Positions 18,001 through 26,611 are shown, counted from the stretch's first letter. The stretch is 64,000 nt of DNA from an uncultured Candidatus Saccharibacteria bacterium (GCA_964480265.1 CAYZNY010000006.1:1219-65218); one strand, 5' to 3'. The notes: a model not told the origin generated them from the sequence alone. Made by a program: numbers and translations.

Positions 18001-19074
18001 AGTACGCAAAGCTTTACGCGCCGAACTGATCCGCCCACTTTCAGTCCCATTATCCATCAACTTTACCGAAGAGACTACATTTTGATTAGACATATTGGAG
18101 CTAAGCGCCGTCACCCTTGTCTTACTCGTTGCAGACACTGGCACTCCCGGAGTATTGGCTGAAAGCTGATATTCAATAGAAAATTGTTCAAGCATTTGCC
18201 TAGCTATGGATTCGTTATAATTTGGAGCATTTTTTAATTCATCTGGCATCTCCATCTTGTCTGCACCAGCTTTATTCCATGAAACAAGCCCGCCCTCACA
18301 TATCATGAGGAGTTTGTCCTTAATTACATGGTCTTTACCGTTCGTGTCTTTATATTTCAGCGTAACCACCGATCCGCCTTTGCCACCACATTCGGGCTCA
18401 ATAGTATGGACAGAGCCATCAGCGAACATACCCTGAGTGCTAGAACTTGCTGCCCGCACTGACAAATAAAGGTCCTTTTTCGCGACGCTACCAACCGCTC
18501 GTACTGTTTTAGGATACACAACACTCCCCTCGCCCTCACCAGTTGTGTTCATACAAACAAAATTAGAGGTTGCTTCCCTAAACGACGTGGATGTTTCTAG
18601 TTCATACGCAAACGAAATACACTTCTGATTGCTCCCGCCAGTTGATATGTAACCCCACGGTTCATACTGTGACGCTAGGCTACTCTTACCAAAATAGTTG
18701 ATTATCCCATCAAAGTGCCTAAAACCGTTACTTTGTTCTCCCGTCATCAGTTGATTACAATTCAGCTTAGGCTGGCTCAGAGTATTTTTCATCATGTACG
18801 GCAAAACAACTGTCCCCTCAGCTGGCATAGCGCTATTCATACTAAATTCTGAGTTAGCGCCCAAGCTAACCTCTGCCTTCGCCTTATTCTCGTAGCAAGA
18901 TTTCAGCCCCTGAATCATCGCTTTTTCAGCCAGTTCTTTCTTGCTAGTCTGTTTTACGTTGGATGCAGCATGGCTATTACCGTATCCCAAGGTCAACGCC
19001 ACCGATACCACGGTAAAAATTGCTACGGTTATAATTTTGCGCACACGTTTGTTACTCATCGACCTCCTCATCAA
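15010..19074 (-). CDS. giant polytopic membrane protein (1354 aa), function unknown
   Basis: It has an N-terminal signal/anchor and an extracytoplasmic domain of about 520 aa. A cluster of several TM helices follows (about aa 540-800), then a low-complexity cytoplasmic tail of about 550 aa rich in A/G/N/R. The topology is reminiscent of TrbL/VirB6-type proteins, but no T4SS ATPase is nearby. It overlaps the upstream gene by 23 nt. Confidence 0.75.
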   Translation of the reverse strand: MMRRSMSNKRVRKIITVAIFTVVSVALTLGYGNSHAASNVKQTSKKELAEKAMIQGLKSCYENKAKAEVSLGANSEFSMNSAMPAEGTVVLPYMMKNTLSQPKLNCNQLMTGEQSNGFRHFDGIINYFGKSSLASQYEPWGYISTGGSNQKCISFAYELETSTSFREATSNFVCMNTTGEGEGSVVYPKTVRAVGSVAKKDLYLSVRAASSSTQGMFADGSVHTIEPECGGKGGSVVTLKYKDTNGKDHVIKDKLLMICEGGLVSWNKAGADKMEMPDELKNAPNYNESIARQMLEQFSIEYQLSANTPGVPVSATSKTRVTALSSNMSNQNVVSSVKLMDNGTESGRISSARKALRTLTGKSDAKFSDYKFKNYDFVSLDLKYIQSMMDKYPNILKLYDDDKNCGTKDEVKNRGFDIVPVKKEKDGKKMWCRIAGVENVSKTKLNNKKIFSIEKNETSLKLTDFQGVVDDLETRSVADFKTSSLVRKGKSQEEKNEDEDGSSEKACQQAAGSLSWIICPVAETLNNATQGIYASAIEPILQVNADALRTDGGSNSGHSDGVYIAWAQFRNIANVIFAVALALVILSQLTGFGLSNYGIKKILPRLIMVIVLVNISFILCQLMVDISNVLGSGLNTLMTDWAKKIFSQVGESGSNFFGGYILGEIMDKFLNAGVAGTLGVIGVSVAMNWDVWLIPLLLVLITFLLSVLFFFIILAVRQAGIFILIALAPVAIVCYALPNTKSLFDKWYKLFMALLIAYPICGLMMGGGQFASALLMQVGAYTGSGGFFMLLTAVVVSVAPFFLIPGIIKNSMGALGNIGMKLSNFGSKAGNFLGGMFVGSRLGDSINRRAKARTNNREETRAYNAQTRQLNRDRKYLNRMQRRQADGGRLSHRQQERVGRLTSRVLSTDRDRNAAALQAGRMFSAGGIDNMLRDRRDSQQEEMRRADIANALARYSHMTGAAGEPVDYNQLEAAVMRDANGDIMYDNNGNVMRDLNDRSNEAEYNRQLDLLEADPTNVDALTNVSAWQQKFASQGDHGRAIIQRAFERRLTNGQTNGIGLAAREISRDDKFLGAMKGADRGLFAMVNDAASGSAVTGANAASHYGAMGTDKYTAQSLANADEGAIDRLVAGAESGNIKGAALNNLAASAREALANDNIQVKPEMEGRLRQLAAAGYAQGASKNASSTAGSNALARSSARDIDSAAAYIRSANGGSKFGASANASNSAEYKMVQGMAQNAQTALKDSTKTYTQEQVKSMQDVIKAARDMGVSDDTGHTFDAVDSASIQVRGVEPRAIPTRPANFDEHGNFRDIANPTRTPTAAEQEAFNQYVRERAAAERYNQRHGFNNPSGGNT

Positions 19075-20344
19075 GCACCTCGTCTACGACTTCTTCGCCA
19101 TTATTCATCGCTCTGAGCGTTTCGGTACGCGCCTTAAAGTCACTCTTAACTGCACTAAGATTATCGCTAATCAAATCCGCCGCCCAGTTCATATTTTCTT
19201 CATATTCAGCAAAGTTAGCGTTGCTGTAAACTTCTTCTTTCTCGCACTCATTAATGGACCCGTCTGTTTCTATACAGTCAGCGCTCCGGTAAATTTCTAG
19301 CATCTTGATATAATTCTCAAAATAATCTACCAGTGAGATCATTACCATATTTGCCGTTTCGTCTTGGACAGGCACTATTTGGCTATCGACGTATTCTTCT
19401 GCTGCTGGTTTTCCTTGTGCAAGATATAACTCCGCGGTCTTTTGCGCAATTCTTTCCATATCGGATGCTCCAATGACCGCCAGTAGTAATCCTTGGTATA
19501 ATTCACTCTCGCTTTTTAGCTCGCTTTCTCCTGCACTAAGCGACCCCAAATATGTTTGATATGCTGAACGCACATCACCAATATAAGCATCATGGTCGGC
19601 ATTATCAACCGCCGTGAAATCACCCCGCAAGAAATACCAGGTTTCCTCTTCCTCATCACCGCTGCCGCCTTCGTCAGTTGCGACAATCGGCATATAATCA
19701 TTTTCGTCATTGCTATCATTGCCGTCGTTGTCCACGTCTTGAATGACTAAAATATCATTCACGCCATCGCCGTCATCAGTTTCGGTTTCATCACTTTCTT
19801 CATTTTCCCCCTCTTCCTCATCCGTGCTCGCTGAGTCGTCGCTTGGCCCTTCCACCACCAACTTATAATACGCTTCAAAATTGCTTTGTGAATTACCGGC
19901 AACTCCACCCTTTCGCGTCACCAGCAAAATCACGACTATCGCGATAATCGCCACCACTCCAATACCAATGATAATCAGCGGGATTTTGCTGCGCTTCCGG
20001 CGCGGCGTTTTCCCCAACTTAATATCCCCAGTCGCAGTCGACTGGGTTACAGCATTGGCTCCACTCGGGACCAAAGATTTATTCTGCGAAGCATCCGTGC
20101 TCGCAAAAGCTGCCGCCACGCGCGAAGCATCGCCGCTCGCTGTGGCCGTCGGCGCTGGCGCATCTGCCACATCACTGGCATCAGCGCCGCTGAACTTCTC
20201 CGGGATCGCATCTTTCTCGATGGTCAAATCCGGGTTACTAAAAATCGCCCCGCCGCTTGCCGGCGTGTCGTTATTCTCTGGCAAACCAGCCCCCTCAGGA
20301 TTCTGGGGATTAACCGGCTCATTACCACCATTCTGACCATCCAT
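19052..20344 (-). CDS. bitopic membrane protein with an acidic extracytoplasmic domain, function unknown
   Basis: It has a disordered N-terminus and the TM segment IPLIIIGIGVVAIIAIVVILLV, followed by a D/E-rich stretch. TGtTATAAT lies 9 nt upstream of the ATG. Confidence 0.7.
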   Translation of the reverse strand: MDGQNGGNEPVNPQNPEGAGLPENNDTPASGGAIFSNPDLTIEKDAIPEKFSGADASDVADAPAPTATASGDASRVAAAFASTDASQNKSLVPSGANAVTQSTATGDIKLGKTPRRKRSKIPLIIIGIGVVAIIAIVVILLVTRKGGVAGNSQSNFEAYYKLVVEGPSDDSASTDEEEGENEESDETETDDGDGVNDILVIQDVDNDGNDSNDENDYMPIVATDEGGSGDEEEETWYFLRGDFTAVDNADHDAYIGDVRSAYQTYLGSLSAGESELKSESELYQGLLLAVIGASDMERIAQKTAELYLAQGKPAAEEYVDSQIVPVQDETANMVMISLVDYFENYIKMLEIYRSADCIETDGSINECEKEEVYSNANFAEYEENMNWAADLISDNLSAVKSDFKARTETLRAMNNGEEVVDEVLDEEVDE

Positions 20345-20380
20345 ATCTTACCTATTATAACATAAGCTTTTTCAAAATAG

Positions 20381-20411
20381 CAAAAAATCCCTTGCTATTG
20401 CAAAGGGATTT
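20381..20411 (-). terminator. intrinsic terminator after 20500..21930
   Basis: There is a 9-bp stem, AAATCCCTT/AAGGGATTT, and on the minus strand it is followed by a T-run. A second hairpin, TGGATGGCCC/GGGCCATCCA, lies at about 20460-20490. Confidence 0.6.
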
Positions 20412-20499
20412 CTCGTTCTACCATTTATGGAGCGATCAATCTCGACCTTTCGCCACCCGTGGATGGCCCCACGAAAGGGCCATCCAAAATGGTACTACC

Positions 20500-21930
20500 T
20501 TAGCGCAACTGTTTGCGGCTAGCTAGGAAGTAGCCCGCAGCAGTCACCACTGCGCCAGTAGCGATTACGCCACCAGTCACAGCCATCGGACCAGTATTCG
20601 GGAGCGAGCTCGGAGTGTCAGTAGTTGGCACATCCGGCATTTCGTTTGGAGCACAAACTTTGTTGGTGCGTACCATGGCAGAATCCTCATTCAAGGTGTT
20701 GCCATAGCTTGCCTGACCCCAGTTGTAGATGAAGTTCTCACCACAAGCAAGATCAGTATCAACCACTTCTGCGGTAAAGCGGATATACGCATTACCACCG
20801 TTTTGGCCATCGGCGCTACCAACGTAGCTACCGATGTTCACACCACGGGTTACAATGTCGCCATCCGGAGTGAGGGTAGCCCACTGTGGGTAGCTTGCAT
20901 TGTAAAGCTTAGTTGTGCCAGGAACATATTTTAGGTTACCTGGAAGAACGTCGCGAATCATCACGTCGTTCTGGGTCTCAGTGCCAGTGTTGTTGTACTC
21001 GATTTGGAATTCGACTTGGTCACCGATTTCAGCATCAACGACCTCTTTCCATTCCGTTTCGCCTAGTTTGCGAACTTTCTTCTCAACTGTGTATGGTGCG
21101 TCAAAGACGGCCTTCACGCGAATTGTGATATAGCTCGAATACTCATAACAACCCGGAACGTTACCATCAAGGGCATCAAACCCAATCAAGGTACCATCGT
21201 TGCTGCCAGCTTTCTCGACGATATCGTCAGAAAGTGGCTTACCAGTGATCTTCTGAGCTTTCAATTGCTCGTCGGTAGCAGTCATCATGTCTGCGGCCGA
21301 GATTGGATCAGTCGTGCCAGTAGCACCACGGTTATAGATCATTGCCGAGCCATAGACATAATCTAGGTGGAATGAGGTGTTGCTATTGAAGCGGACGTAG
21401 TCCCAGTACTCGTGTGGGGTTGCGTTCTCCGAAGTAATAAAGCCGTTCAGCTCAACTTCTTGCTTACCATCTTTGTTGGTCTTGCTCTGCCAGGTACCGT
21501 GCTCGTTCACGCCGCTAATTGCGACCTTGGTACCAGTAGATACACCAGCAGTACCCTTCGGGCTGTTATTGTGGACATAAAGACGCACAATGTATTCTTG
21601 GCCATCTTCGACGGTAATATCGCCACCTTCCCACATACCGTGTGGGTCAATTGCGAGACCATCCGGAGCAGCTTTCTGCACCGAGGTAAAGTCAATCTCG
21701 TTACCAGTCTCAGCGACATCGGTAATCGAGTTGAAGGTAATTTTGTTACCTAGCGCACCGTTATTGATGTCAGCTAGTTTATAGAGGGTACGGAATTGAC
21801 CTGCCTGGCCACCCTCTAAGTAGGTACTGTCACCCCAAGCCGTAACAGCATAGGGGACAGCAATTGCTGCACCTGCAACAGCAGCGGCACCAGCCGTCAC
21901 TGCCAAGGTATTTTTGATAGCTTTTTTCAT
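20500..21930 (-). CDS. LPXTG-anchored cell-surface protein
   Basis: It has a signal peptide and a C-terminal sorting signal: LPNTG, a hydrophobic stretch, then RKQLR. The internal segment ...GDQVEFQIEYNNTGTETQNDVMIRDVLPGNLKYVPGTT resembles DUF11/pilin-like Ig-fold repeats. Confidence 0.8.
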   Translation of the reverse strand: MKKAIKNTLAVTAGAAAVAGAAIAVPYAVTAWGDSTYLEGGQAGQFRTLYKLADINNGALGNKITFNSITDVAETGNEIDFTSVQKAAPDGLAIDPHGMWEGGDITVEDGQEYIVRLYVHNNSPKGTAGVSTGTKVAISGVNEHGTWQSKTNKDGKQEVELNGFITSENATPHEYWDYVRFNSNTSFHLDYVYGSAMIYNRGATGTTDPISAADMMTATDEQLKAQKITGKPLSDDIVEKAGSNDGTLIGFDALDGNVPGCYEYSSYITIRVKAVFDAPYTVEKKVRKLGETEWKEVVDAEIGDQVEFQIEYNNTGTETQNDVMIRDVLPGNLKYVPGTTKLYNASYPQWATLTPDGDIVTRGVNIGSYVGSADGQNGGNAYIRFTAEVVDTDLACGENFIYNWGQASYGNTLNEDSAMVRTNKVCAPNEMPDVPTTDTPSSLPNTGPMAVTGGVIATGAVVTAAGYFLASRKQLR

Positions 21931-22138
21931 AATAATCTCCTTTCACAAAGATTACTTAATTAACTGTTTTATTCACTTAAAGTTGTTAGTTTTCCTGGTC
22001 CAAATTGTTAACTTCCCTCAGTGCAATCGAATCATCTCAAACACAAATTTTGCTCTGCTGCTCTTTGAAGATCCGGAGTCCAATGCTATCACATCGGGCT
22101 CCGGTATTTTCAAGGTACTTCGTGTCTACATATCTATA

Positions 22139-24124
22139 TTAATCAGACGGCGGTGGAACCTTAGTGTTCGGTTTGCCATCCGAGGTGTTAGTTGTAGTCG
22201 AGCCGCCATTCGGATCGGTCACAGTCGCATTAGTGTCCTTATGGACAGGGACCGGCTCTTTTTTGCCGCTACCGCTGCTGTCGCCGTTGCCCGCTGGGGC
22301 ATTCGGCTTCTGCGTCGGTTTGGTGTCCGGTTTCTTAGTCGGCTGAGCCGGCACCGGCTTATGATCCACCTTTGGCGGCTTCGTCGGCTGGGCCGTTGTA
22401 TTGTTATTCGTCGGCCCATCTCCCGTTGGCCGGCGATCCGGCTTTTTCGGCTTATCCGGCTTCGGGGTCGGTGTCCCCGGTTTTGGTGTGTTCGGCTTTG
22501 GTGTCACCTTGGGCTTATTTGGCTCCGGTGTAACCTTCGGCGTCTTTTTGCCCGGCTTCGGGGTTGCCTTTGGTGGCGTCTTTTTGCCAGGATTCGGGTT
22601 GTTCCCCGGGTCGGGGTTACTCCTCGGTCCTGGTGTCACCTTGGGCACCGGCTCCTTAATCGGTGGCTCTTTTTTGGCCTTTTTCGTCAACGGGAATATT
22701 TCCAGCCGCTGATCAAATACGTCGGAACCCGCCTTTATTGCCGTACGAGGCTTATACCTGTACAGCCAGATCACTGCTGGCTCTTCCTCCTGATCCTTTT
22801 TCTTGGCCAGTTTGCTCACCTTAGCGGTTTGAGCATCCTTACCAAAGGCCAGGTGCCAATTAATCTTAGACTTCGGACTCTGAACCGTGTTCAATGCCGG
22901 AGTAAACTCGTCAAACATCAAACAAATCCTCGCCGCGTTCATTACGTACTCTTTCCTGAGTACTTTCGCAGCATCTGCACTACCCACCGGCTCGAAGAAC
23001 ACCGATATCCCAGCAACGATCTCATTACCTTCGGCGTTCTGAACCTTGTTACTAACGTCGTTGGCCTGGTCAAATTCTGCCTTAAAATCAGGTAGCCAAG
23101 CTTCATTCCGCGAGATAATCTCCGGGAACTCTTTTGCTAATTCATAAAAGAACTCCACATACATTTCGCAGAATCGCGGGTTCCGCAGAATCTGGTCGTA
23201 TTGAACCAGCCGAATTTTCTCGTCGACGAATTTTAATTTCTCATCCGCCGACATCTTTTTCCACTTGTCAGTGTGGTAGATGGCGATCAAATCGTCCATT
23301 GGGAACCACACTGGGTCCGAGAACCCTTGTTTCTTGTTGTCCCCGTACCACTTGCGCATTGCTGCTTTGGCACGGCCTTTACGCTCGTTGTATTTACTCG
23401 GGAAAAGATCGTCAGAAAAGCTATTCTGATACTCGTCCCAAGTGAAATCTTCCCCGAATTTCTGCTGCATCGCTTTCAGCAAGTCCTCTTCCGAAAAATC
23501 TGCTGCGGCGAATGCACCCGGTGGCAGCTTGCCATTATCCAGATCGTCAGCATCGAAATCTGCTGCTGACCCACTAGCAGTTGCCGTTGGCTCAGGCGTA
23601 GACGGTGATTCTGATTTCTTCCCCGGACCTGCCAAAGCAGATGCGTTGGAGTAAATCAACCATCCGCCAATCGCCACTAACACAATCAGCAGCAGTACTC
23701 TCAACGTGTTGCCAAGCCCACCACGATTTCTCCATTTACGGATAATCGCGATCAGCCAAATAACCCCCAGGATTATGAGCAGAATACCTCCGCCGAGTCC
23801 CAGTTTATTCAGCCAGCTTGCACCACCTTTGTCTTCTGTCGGCTGAGCGCTCTCGCTCGGTGCCGGTGTAGCTGTTGGCGCTGGTGTTTCCACGGCTTTG
23901 CTACCCGATGCTCCGGAAACAATTCCCGGAATGCTATGACATCCTATCACTATTGCCCCGATGAGTAATCCCGCCGAGACAATTATCAGGATCACGGCAA
24001 TAAGCCTTTTGCCTATTGTTGTGTCGTCATCCCAACTACGGATGGCATGGATTGCTTTGACGCACAAAAATACAGCGCCAGCGATCATCACGATCGCCAA
24101 GATTGTCAATACGATATTCATCAT
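22139..24124 (-). CDS. multi-TM protein with a long Pro/Lys/Thr-rich C-terminal tail, function unknown
   Basis: It has four predicted N-terminal TM helices, a central globular region, and a tail of about 150 aa made of KTPPKATPKPGKKTPKVTPEPNKPKVTPKP-type repeats. Confidence 0.75.
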   Translation of the reverse strand: MMNIVLTILAIVMIAGAVFLCVKAIHAIRSWDDDTTIGKRLIAVILIIVSAGLLIGAIVIGCHSIPGIVSGASGSKAVETPAPTATPAPSESAQPTEDKGGASWLNKLGLGGGILLIILGVIWLIAIIRKWRNRGGLGNTLRVLLLIVLVAIGGWLIYSNASALAGPGKKSESPSTPEPTATASGSAADFDADDLDNGKLPPGAFAAADFSEEDLLKAMQQKFGEDFTWDEYQNSFSDDLFPSKYNERKGRAKAAMRKWYGDNKKQGFSDPVWFPMDDLIAIYHTDKWKKMSADEKLKFVDEKIRLVQYDQILRNPRFCEMYVEFFYELAKEFPEIISRNEAWLPDFKAEFDQANDVSNKVQNAEGNEIVAGISVFFEPVGSADAAKVLRKEYVMNAARICLMFDEFTPALNTVQSPKSKINWHLAFGKDAQTAKVSKLAKKKDQEEEPAVIWLYRYKPRTAIKAGSDVFDQRLEIFPLTKKAKKEPPIKEPVPKVTPGPRSNPDPGNNPNPGKKTPPKATPKPGKKTPKVTPEPNKPKVTPKPNTPKPGTPTPKPDKPKKPDRRPTGDGPTNNNTTAQPTKPPKVDHKPVPAQPTKKPDTKPTQKPNAPAGNGDSSGSGKKEPVPVHKDTNATVTDPNGGSTTTNTSDGKPNTKVPPPSD

Positions 24125-24381
24125 ACTGACGCACCCCCTTCCTTGTTCATGTGAATGTGATCGTTTTGTTTTTTATAATCACTACCAGGGGGTACCAACC
24201 CCCAGTAGGAGTTGGCGAACCAACTACCAACCAGCCAATCCGGCTGATCGTTAGACACGATATATATCAACAGATACAACCTCGCAGTTACCATTATGGC
24301 AACGGTATTGTATCTGAGATGATTCGATTGTTAAGTGGACCTCTGGCCGGGCCGCTCCCGTAGCTCTTCCAGACTGCTTCC

Positions 24382-24410
24382 ATTGTAGCACACATCGTCA
24401 AAAAAGTCAA
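24382..24410 (-). promoter_or_regulatory. consensus sigma70 promoter for 22139..24124
   Basis: On the minus strand: TTGACT, 17 nt, TACAAT. It leaves a leader of about 250 nt. Confidence 0.65.
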
Positions 24411-24672
24411 TAGTTTTTCTATATTTTAGGCATAAAAACAATAGAAATAAGCGTTATAGGTATAAAACAGAGGTGAAAAAGCCGCGCCCTAGCATTTTGA
24501 AATGCTTATGTATAGGGGTGATATAAACTTGACCGTTATAACAGTAAAATGCTTTTGCTAAAAACTTTGTCGATTTCTTGTCAAGAACATGACATTTTGG
24601 GCATGAAAAAGGCCCACCCGATATCCAGGTAAGCCTTCCCAACGTGCTAAGGTGTCAAATTTCGTGGTTTCA

Positions 24673-25899
24673 TCAGCCTTTATCGAAAATCGTATTAATC
24701 ATGTTCTCGACCTGTTCCGCTGTGACATTTTTCCCCTTATCCCGAAGAAGAAGGATCGTCTGATAAAGCTTCCTAAGCTGATCCTGCGAAAAGCCGTCAA
24801 ATTTCAGCTCCACATCAACATTAATTTTGTCCAGTCGAGCATTGATATATTGAATATCTTCCTGGTTAGTGAGGAGCGGTTCCTCCTCTTCCAGGGCGGC
24901 TGCTTCTTCCGCGGTCAGGGTTTTCAACCCTGCGGCAGATTCCTCGCCCTCCTCAGACTGCGGCTGCGTAGCCGGTTCTGCCGATTCTGCTGATTCTGTC
25001 GATCCTGTCGATTCCGTCGATTCTGTCGGGGATGCGGTCGGCTCAGACTCAGTCTGGACTTTTTTGGCCTTTTTGGCCTTAGCCTTCTTCTGACCCTCAG
25101 CCCTCGCCTTATCGATAGCCTGCTGATAAACTTTATAGAGCTTCTTCGAGCCGAGACTGGCCAGTTCCGCTGCCGTGGTATACTCACTGTGTAGCAGGAC
25201 CAATTCGATTTCATCTTTGGGCATATTGTCGAACTTTAATCGCTTCGGCTTATCCTTTGTTTTTCCGCGAGTAGTCTTGACCGCCTGCCCATTGACATAG
25301 GCGGCGTAATCCGCCACATAAGCATCCTCAATTGGCGCCCACGCTTCGAGGAAAACATCCTCATAGCGGGTAGGGAAACGCTCTACATAGAGCTTGCCCT
25401 CCTCATCAATGGTTACCGAAAACACAGCCTTGTCCTCCGACCATGAAGATTTATCGTCCGGATGTGGTAAAAGCTTTACCAACTCAGATAAAGAGATGTA
25501 CTCCTCATCTGCCGGCCGACGATAGCCAATCATCCAGCCGGATGGAGCGATCGGCACACCATCCCTGGTCCGAGAGATCTTAATATTGAATCTACTCGAT
25601 TTCGTAACCGGAAAGCCGTCAGCGGCCGCAGCTTCGCGGGCACTCTCGCTATCCCCATCGAAGTAATCGGCCTCAGTCTCATCTAGGGCTGCGAGGAGAG
25701 CTTCCTCGCTTGAACTATCCAGATCATCAGGCCCGTCCGGTTTTTTCTTGCGACGAGGCCGCTCTGTCTGGCGCTCATCCTTGTAGCTCTGTTTAGCCGC
25801 CTCCTGGACTTCCCTTCTCTTGGCCCGATCAGCCTTCCTTTTTGCCCGATCTTCTTTCAATTCTCCTGGGGTCTTGCTTAAAAAATCGTTCATTAACAT
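24673..25899 (-). CDS. hypothetical charged protein (408 aa)
   Basis: The start was moved to MLMNDF (25899). GAAAGGAAGG lies upstream of it, and the listed upstream Met would overlap the promoter. It contains a (T/A)ES tandem repeat. Confidence 0.7.
   Translation of the reverse strand: MLMNDFLSKTPGELKEDRAKRKADRAKRREVQEAAKQSYKDERQTERPRRKKKPDGPDDLDSSSEEALLAALDETEADYFDGDSESAREAAAADGFPVTKSSRFNIKISRTRDGVPIAPSGWMIGYRRPADEEYISLSELVKLLPHPDDKSSWSEDKAVFSVTIDEEGKLYVERFPTRYEDVFLEAWAPIEDAYVADYAAYVNGQAVKTTRGKTKDKPKRLKFDNMPKDEIELVLLHSEYTTAAELASLGSKKLYKVYQQAIDKARAEGQKKAKAKKAKKVQTESEPTASPTESTESTGSTESAESAEPATQPQSEEGEESAAGLKTLTAEEAAALEEEEPLLTNQEDIQYINARLDKINVDVELKFDGFSQDQLRKLYQTILLLRDKGKNVTAEQVENMINTIFDKG
24974..25027. 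repeat. six tandem 9-bp units (GATTCTGTC-like) inside the CDS
   Basis: ggttctgcc gattctgct gattctgtc gatcctgtc gattccgtc gattctgtc. On the minus strand this encodes the repeat TESTESTGSTESAESAE. Confidence 0.8.
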
Positions 25900-25996
25900 A
25901 GAAACACCTTCCTTTCTGTAAATGTGCCACCCCCTGTGGGGCGGCATTTGGTTTTCGTTGATTGACACCTGCCGCCCAAAATGGGCCTCTGCTTCC

Positions 25997-26025
25997 ATTG
26001 TATCACAGATTACCAAAAATGTCAA
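25997..26025 (-). promoter_or_regulatory. consensus sigma70 promoter for 24673..25899
   Basis: On the minus strand: TTGACA, 17 nt, TACAAT. Confidence 0.65.
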
Positions 26026-26098
26026 TAGTGTAAAATGTATCTTGATTACCTTGCAAGAATATTACAATACCAAATCAAAACTGTTTTCATACGAATAG

Positions 26099-26407
26099 TT
26101 ATATAAAGGCTGGACCTTACCTTCCTCCGCCGATTATGCGAATCTTATCACCACTACCTACAATATCCCTAACTCCTCCTCCGGTTCTACCCAGCTACGT
26201 AGCGCGCCGCTCGGGTTTGAGTATACGGGTAGTTATGTGTATTTCAGCGGTTCATTAACTCAGATCGATATAGCTGGTAGATATTGGTCTCGTTCAATAC
26301 ATTCTGATAGCGAAGCTTACAATCTAATCTTTGAGTCTGCTGATGTTTCTCCACGGTCCTATTATCGTCGTGGAGATGGTTTTGCCGTCCGCTGTGTTGC
26401 GAGATAG
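26099..26407 (+). pseudogene. cassette c: start-less FISUMP-like fragment (longest copy, begins at the GW.LP core)
   Basis: The open frame after a TAG stop reads LYKGWTLPSSADYANLITTTYNIPNSSSGSTQLRSAPLGFEYTGSYVYFSGSLTQIDIAGRYWSRSIHSDSEAYNLIFESADVSPRSYYRRGDGFAVRCVAR*. There is no usable start codon and no RBS. Confidence 0.7.
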
Positions 26408-26484
26408 TTGAGGGAGGAGACATCACGACCCGTTATTAGACGAATAGCAGCTTTTGAAAGAAAGTATGTTATAATGAGAGAGTT

Positions 26485-26577
26485 GGAGGGTTACCCAAGT
26501 GGCTGAAGGGGACGGTTTGCTAAATCGTTAGTCTGGGGAGACCTGGAGCGGGAGTTCGAATCTCCCACCCTCCGCCA
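26485..26577 (+). tRNA. tRNA-Ser(GCT), class II, CCA encoded
   Basis: GGAGGGTTACCCAAGTGGCTGAAGGGGACGGTTTGCTAAATCGT + long variable arm + GCGGGAGTTCGAATCTCCCACCCTCCGCCA. Confidence 0.9.
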
Positions 26578-26590
26578 TAGGGGATTTTTC

Positions 26591-26611
26591 GACCTTTTGA
26601 AGGTCTTTTTT
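26591..26611 (+). terminator. intrinsic terminator of tRNA-Ser
   Basis: A GACCTT/AAGGTC hairpin followed by T6. Confidence 0.6.

Noticed and set aside
21914-23095. A 393-aa plus-strand ORF.
   Set aside because: It lies antisense to 22139..24124. Its Arg/Leu/Trp/Cys-rich composition is what the reverse strand of Pro/Lys/Thr repeats produces. It has no RBS or promoter.
24290-24360. A TPP riboswitch (a CTGAGA element on the plus strand).
   Set aside because: Only the hexamer matches. The ACCTGA/GGGA blocks and helices of the TPP aptamer are absent, and no plus-strand gene follows.
24454-24642. A 62-aa minus-strand ORF with a CPKC...CYNG pattern.
   Set aside because: It has no convincing RBS or promoter and lies in AT-rich intergenic sequence downstream of 24673..25899. 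A real small protein is possible but unsupported.
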